From IMG/VR virus record IMGVR_UViG_3300031578_000032, positions 1 to 59,581 of that record: DNA of 59,581 nt; one strand, given 5' to 3'. Within the stretch, counting starts at the first letter, position 1, and the number at the start of each line of letters is the position of its first letter. Source of the stretch: a virus (lineage: Duplodnaviria > Caudoviricetes). This document shows positions 49,093-57,865 of this stretch, one piece after another. Both the position numbers and the translations under genes were made by a program. The notes under the pieces are model-generated. The model saw only the letters and a list, made by a program, of their open reading frames with translations, had not been told where the DNA came from and ran no database searches.

Positions 49093-49488
49093 CTATTTTA
49101 TAGTAAAATTTAAAGCAATAGTATAAGTGGTGTTAACCGGTTTAATATTAATATTAATATACTTATTTATACAACTTGATTTAACTTCATAATCAATAAT
49201 TACTTTATTTACCTGTAAAGATTCTAAATGTTCTTTCATTTTTTTATTAAAAATATATATATTATTAAAATCTTCACTACAAGCTATCTGTTTAATAGAT
49301 GAAATAAATTCTCTGACGTCTATACGTTCTAAAATTGACCTTTTTTTACTTTTTATTACAGCATTAGAAATCCAGTCAATCTTTCCAATACCATCACATT
49401 TTCCACATATATAAATATCATTTGTATCGTGGGTAGTTCCTTTACAAACAGGACATATCATTTCACCTTCTTCTAATTTAAGATTCAT
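49093..49488 (-). CDS. DnaJ-type zinc finger fused to a tail-sheath C-terminal-like domain
   Basis: GEMICPVC...CGKCDGIGKIDWI; SILERIDVRE...IK, IIDYEV, INIKPV...IALNFTIK. Confidence 0.7.
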   Translation of the reverse strand: MNLKLEEGEMICPVCKGTTHDTNDIYICGKCDGIGKIDWISNAVIKSKKRSILERIDVREFISSIKQIACSEDFNNIYIFNKKMKEHLESLQVNKVIIDYEVKSSCINKYININIKPVNTTYTIALNFTIK

Positions 49489-49501
49489 TTTTCACTATTC
49501 C

Positions 49502-49744
49502 TCATCTAAAATCATGGGTTGTATTGAAAGTATTTCTTTTGCCATTAACTTTGGATATACTGTTTTTCATAACAAATACAGACCTTGGAGGAGCTTTTCC
49601 AACACATGCCTCAATCCAATCAAGTTTTCCAGCACCCCAACATTTCATACAAACAGTAACGGACTCACCAAAACTTTTAGATTTTCCATGACAATTATCA
49701 CAAATTATTTCACCTTCTTCTAATTTAATATCTTTCATTCTCAA
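49502..49744 (-). CDS. DnaJ-type zinc finger paralogue with a short tail
   Basis: GEIICDNC...CMKCWGAGKLDWI. Confidence 0.65.
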   Translation of the reverse strand: MRMKDIKLEEGEIICDNCHGKSKSFGESVTVCMKCWGAGKLDWIEACVGKAPPRSVFVMKNSISKVNGKRNTFNTTHDFR

Positions 49745-50262
49745 AATTCCTTAATTACATATGGAGGTCCAGTTGCCATATCATATGTAGTTGATGCCTT
49801 TAAAGCTGCCATTATTCGTCTTTTAGAATTACTCCATGTTCTTGTTGTCCATAATGATCCAAGTGCATAAGGAGCACCAGAACCAATCGCTACAAAGTCT
49901 TTAAGCTCATTCATTTGAAAATCAGTTAAAATCTCAAATAATTTTCCATTAGGTGTAGCTATTAAAAAATTTGATGATTGTATAGAAGTTTGGTCTTCTG
50001 GATTTACAGCTAAACAGCCCTTAATTTCTAACTGTTCCCTTATCTTATCAGGAAATTCAAAAATATCTTTAGGGGGATTAAAATACTCTGATCTAATTAC
50101 TTGTCCTGTTCTGATGACTCCAACATGTCCAATAAGATAAGGATGATTATAAAACATTTTTTTATTTATTATACGTCTTCTTTCTCCCTCTGCAGTAGTA
50201 GCATAACTATCAGCTCCCATCCACACTTTTCCGTTATCAATAATCCCAACAATAGTAGACAT
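49741..50262 (-). CDS. Ntn-hydrolase (HslV/proteasome beta-like) peptidase
   Basis: MSTIVG...MGADS, K, AIGSGAPYALG. Confidence 0.8.
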   Translation of the reverse strand: MSTIVGIIDNGKVWMGADSYATTAEGERRRIINKKMFYNHPYLIGHVGVIRTGQVIRSEYFNPPKDIFEFPDKIREQLEIKGCLAVNPEDQTSIQSSNFLIATPNGKLFEILTDFQMNELKDFVAIGSGAPYALGSLWTTRTWSNSKRRIMAALKASTTYDMATGPPYVIKEF

Positions 50263-50263
50263 A

Positions 50264-51082
50264 TTATTCTCCTTTTAATTTCATATCGTCTTTCATTCTT
50301 AAACATTTAGCAAGATCAAATGCGTAATCATAAATATGTAACCCTTTAGATGTAGCAATCATTTCTCCATTTTCAACTCCAATTTCTGCTGCTATATATT
50401 GTTTAAGCAATTCAATCCCCGCTAAATTTGCAGGTAAGCCCCCGTAAAGGTCCCAACTCCGAAAATATGGAAAAAAGTGTAATTTTCCATCTTGAATACG
50501 AGTATCTATATGTCGTAAACAAGGGGGATCTTGAAGTAACATATCAGTAGGTTGTGATACTTGTAAAACCATTTGATTATTTCTATACCCCTTATTTTTA
50601 TAAGTCCAGATTAAAAGTTCTATTTGACTCAAGAATTTATTAATCATTGTATCTTCTTTATCGCCTTTAATTATTATTGTATCATCATTCCATGCTTCAT
50701 CATCTTGAATTAAAATATCTTTAAATTTATCTAGTTTATACATTTCCCAATCTGGTCTAAAAGGCATTTTTGTCAGTCTTTGCCCATAAGTATATGATTC
50801 ACCAGGTTTTAAATCGCCTGTCATTAAATATGGAAGATAATCATCGAGATAATCATCAGACACTGGATTTGGAATACCATAATGTGCTTCAATTTGTGGT
50901 AATAATGGAAGTACATCAGGATGTTGAATTCTTATTGTAACCCAGTCAAATTCAAGTCTTTTTTGCCCAGCATAAGATCCTCGATCAATTTTAAATACTC
51001 TACCCTCCTCAAGCATTCTAAAAAGGGTTTGAAACCAGGCATCTCCTAAATTTGTTGCTTCAATAAATTGAGTATTTAACAT
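50264..51082 (-). CDS. thyA: thymidylate synthase
   Basis: YTYGQR, DPPCL catalytic Cys, FRSWD...PAN (Asn indicates dUMP specificity), LHIY. Confidence 0.88.
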   Translation of the reverse strand: MLNTQFIEATNLGDAWFQTLFRMLEEGRVFKIDRGSYAGQKRLEFDWVTIRIQHPDVLPLLPQIEAHYGIPNPVSDDYLDDYLPYLMTGDLKPGESYTYGQRLTKMPFRPDWEMYKLDKFKDILIQDDEAWNDDTIIIKGDKEDTMINKFLSQIELLIWTYKNKGYRNNQMVLQVSQPTDMLLQDPPCLRHIDTRIQDGKLHFFPYFRSWDLYGGLPANLAGIELLKQYIAAEIGVENGEMIATSKGLHIYDYAFDLAKCLRMKDDMKLKGE

Positions 51083-51084
51083 TT

Positions 51085-51378
51085 TTATTCACCTTCCTTT
51101 TTACTCATAATTCCATACACTTCATCATACTTTAAAACTTTACATAAATGACGATCGAGAATTATATCCATACCACCATGTTTATTAAACATAATTATAT
51201 CACCTACTTCAATATCTTTTACTAATCCACCAATAGATGTTACTTTTCCTAATCCTTGTGGTTTCAACTTACCTTGTGCTACTTCGGGTACAATAATTCC
51301 ACCTTCTGTTTTGTTATCCTCTTCTAATATTTTTACTATTATTTTATCATTGACTGCAATTGCATTTAATTCATTCAT
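51085..51378 (-). CDS. groES: co-chaperonin GroES
   Basis: DKIIVK, KTEGGIIVP mobile loop, G.V..IG, VGDIIMF. Confidence 0.9.
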   Translation of the reverse strand: MNELNAIAVNDKIIVKILEEDNKTEGGIIVPEVAQGKLKPQGLGKVTSIGGLVKDIEVGDIIMFNKHGGMDIILDRHLCKVLKYDEVYGIMSKKEGE

Positions 51379-51655
51379 TTCTTTTCCTCCATTTTTTAGC
51401 TATCATCTTTTTATACTGTTCTTCTCTTTCGAGTTCTTTTTGTTCTTCCTTTTCAATATTACGAATACAATTTGCCTTCTTTCTCCGTTTTTTATCACCA
51501 GGTTTTTCATAAAACATTCTTTGATAAAGTTCCCTGGATAGTCCACTCTTAGAATACTTTTTTCTAAATCTTTTTATCAAGGATTCTATATCTTCACCTT
51601 TTCGGCTGGTTACTACAAACATGGTTTTCTTTTTAATTCGATTAATATTAATCAC
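51371..51655 (-). CDS. rpsU: ribosomal protein bS21
   Basis: GEDIESLIKRFRKK...G...E...RMFYEKPGDKKRRKK; probable GTG start at 51655 after GGGGGA. Confidence 0.8.
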   Translation of the reverse strand: MININRIKKKTMFVVTSRKGEDIESLIKRFRKKYSKSGLSRELYQRMFYEKPGDKKRRKKANCIRNIEKEEQKELEREEQYKKMIAKKWRKRNE

Positions 51656-51665
51656 AATTCCCCCT

Positions 51666-52328
51666 TTATATAAACCCGTATATGACATGATCTCTTGACG
51701 AAAAATTAAAATTATATTCTTCACAAGCATCAAATACAGCTCCAGAATTTTTTATTAAGTCTGCTCTTGTTACTCCCTCAATCATTAAATATACTCGTTG
51801 GTTTACATTAAGGACAGACAAAGCTTCTAAATAATCATTAACCAAAGCTCTGTCTTCATAAACAACTTTAAAATAAACATTCGGATATTTGATTAATTGT
51901 CCAGTTGAGATTATTTCATTCTCTAAATCTCTTTGTGTAAATATTTTTGGCGAATATGAATAATTTACATTTTTGTCTGCTTTAACTTGTGAAATAAGGG
52001 ACAGAAGATTATAGCCATTAGTTTCAACATTTGCTATTGGATAATCTAATTCATTTAACAAAAGTAAACATTCCTTAAAATGTTTAGCTATTGTTGGTTC
52101 TCCACCTGTTACTAAAATTCCACATTTATGTTCATCTATAACTTTTTGAATGGCTGATAAATCATAAATACCTTCTTGTGAAATTCTCATTTTAACATTT
52201 GTATCACAAAAACTACATTTCCTATTACAATACTTAAACCTTAAAATGACCATTAAACGACCTCTATCTACTCCCTCCCCCTGAAAACTCCTAAAAAATT
52301 CAATAAGTTTTACTTGTTTTCCTTCCAT
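51666..52328 (-). CDS. queE: 7-carboxy-7-deazaguanine synthase-like radical SAM
   Basis: EFFRSFQGEG, CNRKCSFCDT, TGGEP, ETNG, SPK. Confidence 0.85.
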   Translation of the reverse strand: MEGKQVKLIEFFRSFQGEGVDRGRLMVILRFKYCNRKCSFCDTNVKMRISQEGIYDLSAIQKVIDEHKCGILVTGGEPTIAKHFKECLLLLNELDYPIANVETNGYNLLSLISQVKADKNVNYSYSPKIFTQRDLENEIISTGQLIKYPNVYFKVVYEDRALVNDYLEALSVLNVNQRVYLMIEGVTRADLIKNSGAVFDACEEYNFNFSSRDHVIYGFI

Positions 52329-52345
52329 TAATAATCTCCTTTCAT

Positions 52346-53083
52346 TTATTTTTTGTTCTTAATTTCATCCACTATATCTTTATCTTCTTCATCTTTATAA
52401 ATAACTCTTTTATGATAAATACTTTCAAGTTCTTTAGTTAATATTCTTTTAATTTGTTTAATAGCACCATGTAATATTTTGTCCAACTGGTCATCATCAT
52501 CCAGTCTCTCAATAGTTGATTGAATAATTCGTTTTATAAATACTCCATTTTCTTCATCATCTTTTCTTTGTATAATCATTGCTCGAGATGTTGCTTCTAC
52601 TGAATCCACAATCATCAAAACAATTGATTCCATTGAAGTTGGTTTTCTACCCTTGTAACGAAAAAGATCTTCCGGAGATTCTTCTTCTTTTTTATGAAAT
52701 TGTCTTAAAAGAGTATCACCATGATGTTCACTAATAATCTTTATAACTTCAATTGGAAAATCGTTTTGTAAAAGAATCAAAACCCCATCAGAGACATGTC
52801 TTGTAATTAAATGATAAGATACATTTGGTTCAATATCATCATGTATATTTGTTTTTGCAGGTTGATTTTCAGAAAAATTCAACGGATAATTCATCTTTCC
52901 AATATCATGGTATAAACCACAACATCTCATGAGATCTACATCAAGTTCTAATTCAATAGCAATCGACTCACAAATGTTAGCAACATTTTGTGAATGTTTA
53001 TAAGAACCTGGCGCTATTTCTCTATACTTTTCGAGTAAAGGAAAAGTAGGATCAATATATTTTTTATATTTGTCATTGCTCAT
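52346..53083 (-). CDS. stand-alone HDIG/HD domain protein, PgpH-like phosphodiesterase
   Basis: APGSYKHS, YHDIGK, FSENQ, HDD..P..S...I..HV.DG, EHHG, FRYKG.KP, DSVEA. Confidence 0.82.
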   Translation of the reverse strand: MSNDKYKKYIDPTFPLLEKYREIAPGSYKHSQNVANICESIAIELELDVDLMRCCGLYHDIGKMNYPLNFSENQPAKTNIHDDIEPNVSYHLITRHVSDGVLILLQNDFPIEVIKIISEHHGDTLLRQFHKKEEESPEDLFRYKGRKPTSMESIVLMIVDSVEATSRAMIIQRKDDEENGVFIKRIIQSTIERLDDDDQLDKILHGAIKQIKRILTKELESIYHKRVIYKDEEDKDIVDEIKNKK

Positions 53084-56000
53084 TATATTGTTATAACCTC
53101 CATGTTTTGTTTAGAATCTATTAATGGTTTTAACATTAATTCATGACGATCTTCAAAGCAGAATTTTAAATTGCCTTTTACATCTGGAAAAAAGTATGTT
53201 GGAAGTCGAGCTTCTTCATCCGGTATAGCTATAACTTCAAGTTTTCCATGTTCAGCAACAAATTTGTCATATTTCTTAACTACATCTGGTGGTGCAGTCA
53301 TTGTATCAATTCCATTTACTCTATACATATATCCTTTAGTTCCTGTATTATGAATATCATACATGATATTGTTCCATGCCTGCATAGCTTTTACACCCTG
53401 TGGAACTAATTTATAATCTTTAATTTTCTTTCCCCATGATACTGGTCTGGCGATTGATTTATCTCCTTTTTTTATTAAATTAATAAATTCTGATTTCTCT
53501 GTATTAATAAACTTTAATAGTTGTGGTAAAGATACTTTTTCAGTTTTTAGAATTAAATCAATTAGCTGTGATAAAAATTCTTTTGATTTACTTGGGTAAT
53601 CTGATCTTTTAATTTCAACTCCCATATATTCAACTTTATTAATATCTTTTCCCTCTTTATTAATAACTCTAATTGCATATCGTTTTTTAGCTAAAAATAA
53701 ACCTCGTGAAATAACCAACTCATTTTTTAAATTTAACCCATTACAATCTAAAGGAACATTATGTCTTTTTACAATACTAGTCATAATATCATTATTAAGA
53801 AAACTTTGAATACTCTCACACCAAGTTTGAATTTGACTAACTGTTTTTTCACCAGAAAAGTTTTGAAAACAACAGAAAATTGAATCAGTATCTCCTGTAA
53901 TAATATACTCATGACTTCTGTTTAACATTTCTTTTTCATACATTTCTTTTTTAGATATTTCTAATGGTTTAACATAAGCTTTTCCTGTATCAAGATATCT
54001 CATATAAGCATCACCTTCAACAATAGATGCCTTTAAAGCTTCCTGTCCACTTAATGTTACTGCTGCTGCTAATGATAAATCAAAAAATCTAAATGATTTA
54101 TTAGCAACAACTCCATATAATGTATTAGCTAAAACCTTATATACTAACTGCCTAGTATAATAAAAAAATTCTGATGTTTTATCTTTTTCTTCAATTGAAT
54201 CAAACATTTTATCTTTGTAGCCTTTTCTAGTTGACATTAGTCCACCAACTACATCACTAAAAACAGAAACTTCTTTATCATGTGCCTTAAAGAAACAACC
54301 ATTAATTGTATAAACCAAATTCTGTTCCTTAATTTTCTTTAATAGTTGAACTGATGTTATTATAACTTCTTTTTTAGCATATGTTGGATCTATTATAACT
54401 TTGATTTTTTCTGGTAAATTTTCAGGATGATATGTCAAGTCATATCCCAATAATGGATCATCAAATTTCATAACAAAGTTATTTATTCCAATGTTATAAG
54501 TCATAATAATCTTTGGATATAGAGATTCAAAGTCAAAATCTGTAATGTCATTATAAATTCCAGGAATTGGATCAAATACAAAAGCTCCAGCATATTTCTT
54601 TTTCTTAATATACATATCTGCATTTTTAGATGCCCAACCCTTATTCTTAAGATGATTAACCATTAAAGAATCAATCTGTGAAAATGATGAAATACCCTCA
54701 AAACTTGTTTTACAAACAATCCTTAGTTCATTTATTAAATTAATATGTTGAAGTTTATCTTCTAGTTCTTTAATAATTTCTGTATCTCTAATATTATAAT
54801 CAATTGATAAGTTTAACATTTTCCAATACATTTCGTTCATTGGTAATGGTAATTGAATTTTTGTTTTTCCTAATTCATGTTGTGCTATAAATCCAAGTTT
54901 GTAGTTTTCCATTTTAGTAAATGTAAATGTTCTATACATAAACTCTTGATCTATAGCAATACACCCAGCTAGTTTACAAAAATATTTTGGACCATCAACA
55001 TAGAATTCATTAAACAGACTCAGGCTTCTTTGAACAATTTTTAATTTTGGTAAACGATTAAATATATAACTAAGATCAAAATTAATAGAATTCCACCCTG
55101 CGATATAATCAGGATCTTCATCTTTAAAATCTTTAATAAATTCTTTCATCATTGTATATTCGCTTTTAAAGATTTTTAACTCAAACCCTTTCTTTTCAGT
55201 AATCAGTTCTGTTTTATTATCTACAACATAGCTTATTTGTCTTTTATTATAAATACTTGAAATCTCATTAATTGGAAATGCAGCATCTATTGCATGTGGA
55301 AATCCCCTATATTTTCCCGTATCAATCTCAATGTCAAAAAATTTAATATTATTCTCTGTCTTTTTAGCTTCTCCTTTACTAAAATGATAATAGTCCATTG
55401 CATGTTTTATAGTAATTTTAACATCACCTTCATATGTTATATCAGGATCTAACACAGACTGATCTCTAAAAGCAACACACACTTGATCTAGTTCATCATA
55501 CGGAACAATTTTTCTTGTTTCTAAACCAGGAGGAGCTTGATAGCAAATATAATCATCATTTTCTGTATGATATATTTTCTTATTATTAGAATCTCTAAAA
55601 ATATATAAAACCTTTTTCTGTGTACTAAGATATTGAACATCAATTAATCTATAATTTTCTGTATAAAATTTTTCGGGTATTTTATATCTGTAAATACCTT
55701 TCTTATCCAGCTTTTGTACTTCACTACTTGTCTTAATGTTAATTTTTTCCCCTTCCATCATTTCTGAAATTTTTGCCATATCTTCTTCAAATTTTGGTAA
55801 CCATACTTTTTGATTTCTATTAACAAATGATGGATGAACTGTTAAAAAAATATTATAGTTTTTCCATTTAAAAATATTTCCGTGAATTTTAGTAATACCT
55901 GATTTAGCAATATCAAATGCTTTCATTGGACTTGTACCTAATAATACAACTAATTTGGGATTACAAACTTCTATTAAATTCATACAGTTAACTTTACATT

Positions 56001-56316
56001 TTTCAATTACATCATCAGTTGGATTGCCTGTAGTTCCATCTGGATTAATTGTTTGACATAAAACTACATTAGTAATTAAATATTTAAGTTTATTTAATTT
56101 GAATTGCTTAAAAAATTTACGAAAAGTTTGCCCACTACGCCCAATTAAAGGACATGGTGGGTTAGCTTCACACTCTACTTTTCCTGGATTTTCAGCTATA
56201 AAAATTACATCAACTTGACTTAGATCCTTTTCACAATTAGTTTCAAGAATACAGGAAGGGGAATCTAATAGTTCACATTCCAAACAATTTGCAAAAGATT
56301 TTTTTATTGAATTCAT
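53083..56316 (-). CDS. family B DNA polymerase with an N-terminal family-4 uracil-DNA glycosylase domain
   Basis: UDG: CLEC, AENPG, GRSG, TNVVLC, HPS; exonuclease DIEID, WNSINFD, YNIRD; polymerase DFESLYP, KVLANTLYG, GDTDS, KKRY. Confidence 0.92.
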   Translation of the reverse strand: MNSIKKSFANCLECELLDSPSCILETNCEKDLSQVDVIFIAENPGKVECEANPPCPLIGRSGQTFRKFFKQFKLNKLKYLITNVVLCQTINPDGTTGNPTDDVIEKCKVNCMNLIEVCNPKLVVLLGTSPMKAFDIAKSGITKIHGNIFKWKNYNIFLTVHPSFVNRNQKVWLPKFEEDMAKISEMMEGEKINIKTSSEVQKLDKKGIYRYKIPEKFYTENYRLIDVQYLSTQKKVLYIFRDSNNKKIYHTENDDYICYQAPPGLETRKIVPYDELDQVCVAFRDQSVLDPDITYEGDVKITIKHAMDYYHFSKGEAKKTENNIKFFDIEIDTGKYRGFPHAIDAAFPINEISSIYNKRQISYVVDNKTELITEKKGFELKIFKSEYTMMKEFIKDFKDEDPDYIAGWNSINFDLSYIFNRLPKLKIVQRSLSLFNEFYVDGPKYFCKLAGCIAIDQEFMYRTFTFTKMENYKLGFIAQHELGKTKIQLPLPMNEMYWKMLNLSIDYNIRDTEIIKELEDKLQHINLINELRIVCKTSFEGISSFSQIDSLMVNHLKNKGWASKNADMYIKKKKYAGAFVFDPIPGIYNDITDFDFESLYPKIIMTYNIGINNFVMKFDDPLLGYDLTYHPENLPEKIKVIIDPTYAKKEVIITSVQLLKKIKEQNLVYTINGCFFKAHDKEVSVFSDVVGGLMSTRKGYKDKMFDSIEEKDKTSEFFYYTRQLVYKVLANTLYGVVANKSFRFFDLSLAAAVTLSGQEALKASIVEGDAYMRYLDTGKAYVKPLEISKKEMYEKEMLNRSHEYIITGDTDSIFCCFQNFSGEKTVSQIQTWCESIQSFLNNDIMTSIVKRHNVPLDCNGLNLKNELVISRGLFLAKKRYAIRVINKEGKDINKVEYMGVEIKRSDYPSKSKEFLSQLIDLILKTEKVSLPQLLKFINTEKSEFINLIKKGDKSIARPVSWGKKIKDYKLVPQGVKAMQAWNNIMYDIHNTGTKGYMYRVNGIDTMTAPPDVVKKYDKFVAEHGKLEVIAIPDEEARLPTYFFPDVKGNLKFCFEDRHELMLKPLIDSKQNMEVITI

Positions 56317-56330
56317 GTATAATCCTTTTT

Positions 56331-56350
56331 ATTTTTAATTATTTGTTCCC
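56331..56350 (-). promoter_or_regulatory. motif A variant upstream of the polymerase gene
   Basis: GGGAACAAATAATTAAAAAT. Confidence 0.5.
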
Positions 56351-56367
56351 ATTTTTAAAATTAATGT

Positions 56368-56382
56368 CTATATATATTAATA
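56368..56382 (+). promoter_or_regulatory. recurring motif B (copy 3)
   Basis: CTATATATATTAAT upstream of the lone plus-strand gene at 56514. Confidence 0.55.
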
Positions 56383-56513
56383 AATGAATAGTCATATTTA
56401 ATATTTTATAATACCTTTAATTTAAAAGAAAGGAGGTCAATTATGTCCAGATAAATTTTTTTATTTTTCAATAACCTTATCTATTTTTTAACCATTTATT
56501 AAGGAGAATAATT

Positions 56514-57305
56514 ATGCAAACAAACATTACTTATCAAAAAGCAATAGACATCTTACAATTGAATAAACAAAACATTACAATTCCGCATACATTAATCAAT
56601 TTCAGGTCTATGATTGCAAATGATGAATTAACAGATTATTCGGAGTCCAGTTTAATAGAAGCCAAAAATATCATACTCCGTTCATGGATCGAAGAACAAC
56701 TTCAAAAACAAGGTCATTGGGAGTTAAAGTCTCCTTACAAAGATGAATGTAAAAGGTGTAATGGTACTGGCGAAATCTATAAATTAGAGAAAGAGAAAAA
56801 ACCATGTCATGCATGTAATGGTGATGGTTACTTATGGGTTAAATGTAGAAATTGCGAAGGTACAGGCAGATTTATAAGAGATGATAAAAAGGCCAAAGGT
56901 CTTATAATAAATGTTGAATGTAATTGTACCAAATTTGCCAACCATTATGGCGATAAATACAAAGGTAAAATTCGAGTTCGGTGCCGAGAATGTCTTGGAA
57001 AAGGAAATATTGAAAATTTGAAAAATTCCAAGGAATGGAAAAATAAGAATTTTAGATATACAGGAAAAATTTATACCACTACTAAATGCCCAAACTGTTA
57101 TGGTTTTGGTTTTCCTGTTACACCAAGAGGTCATTTGAATCCAGTTTTATCAAACCGCCTTGTACAAATCATCAATACTGAAGACACTGTTCATGTGGAT
57201 CCTCTTAGTTTGGATCCTTTGTATGTTATACATAGAATACCAATAAGAACTACTCATTCTGTGATAGATTCTTCGATGCTTAAAATTGCTAGAGAATCCA
57301 TTTAA
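56514..57305 (+). CDS. DnaJ-like zinc-finger (CxxCxGxG repeat) protein lacking HPD
   Basis: CKRCNGTG, CHACNGDG, CRNCEGTG, CRECLGKG, CPNCYGFG. Confidence 0.7.
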   Translation: MQTNITYQKAIDILQLNKQNITIPHTLINFRSMIANDELTDYSESSLIEAKNIILRSWIEEQLQKQGHWELKSPYKDECKRCNGTGEIYKLEKEKKPCHACNGDGYLWVKCRNCEGTGRFIRDDKKAKGLIINVECNCTKFANHYGDKYKGKIRVRCRECLGKGNIENLKNSKEWKNKNFRYTGKIYTTTKCPNCYGFGFPVTPRGHLNPVLSNRLVQIINTEDTVHVDPLSLDPLYVIHRIPIRTTHSVIDSSMLKIARESI

Positions 57306-57310
57306 TTTTT

Positions 57311-57865
57311 TTAGGAAAACTTTTCCTTTTCAATAATGGAGAAGTTTTCCTTTAAAAAGTCATTTAGTGAAATATTTTTCTTCTCTATTTTTTTTGTTCC
57401 TCGTTTAACTTTTTTCTTTTTTACTATCTCAATATTTAAAGTTTGATATATAGATTCTTTATCTTCAGATTTATCAATAATATTACATAATAATGAAATA
57501 TCATTATTTTTTAAAGTTGATAATTTTTCTCTTAATGTATTGAATAATTTTGTTTGATGATTATACCTAAAATATCCTATATCACTTTTCCTAACCCTAA
57601 AATCCAAAACACATTTTTTAATAAATTTAAATAACTCTTCTTTATCAAGATATCTAAGTCCCATATTATTAAAATGTTTGTTAAGATAATGATTCAACGG
57701 ACCATTTTTAACAAACATTGAAATTAAATAGGTTGGAGTGATGGGCGAGTTATACTTCAACAAATTTATTTTCTCTGTTGCTTTTGGTATTGGACTGGTT
57801 CTACTTCCATCAAATAACCAATTTGAAAAAACAGTATATGGGCTTATCATTATAGATCCTTTCAC
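57311..57865 (-). CDS. hypothetical protein
   Basis: 184 aa, co-directional with replication genes. Confidence 0.55.
   Translation of the reverse strand: MKGSIMISPYTVFSNWLFDGSRTSPIPKATEKINLLKYNSPITPTYLISMFVKNGPLNHYLNKHFNNMGLRYLDKEELFKFIKKCVLDFRVRKSDIGYFRYNHQTKLFNTLREKLSTLKNNDISLLCNIIDKSEDKESIYQTLNIEIVKKKKVKRGTKKIEKKNISLNDFLKENFSIIEKEKFS

Noticed and set aside
50264-51082. ThyA-like gene as a dCMP hydroxymethylase
   Set aside because: The specificity residue is Asn (RSWD...PAN), typical of dUMP-acting enzymes
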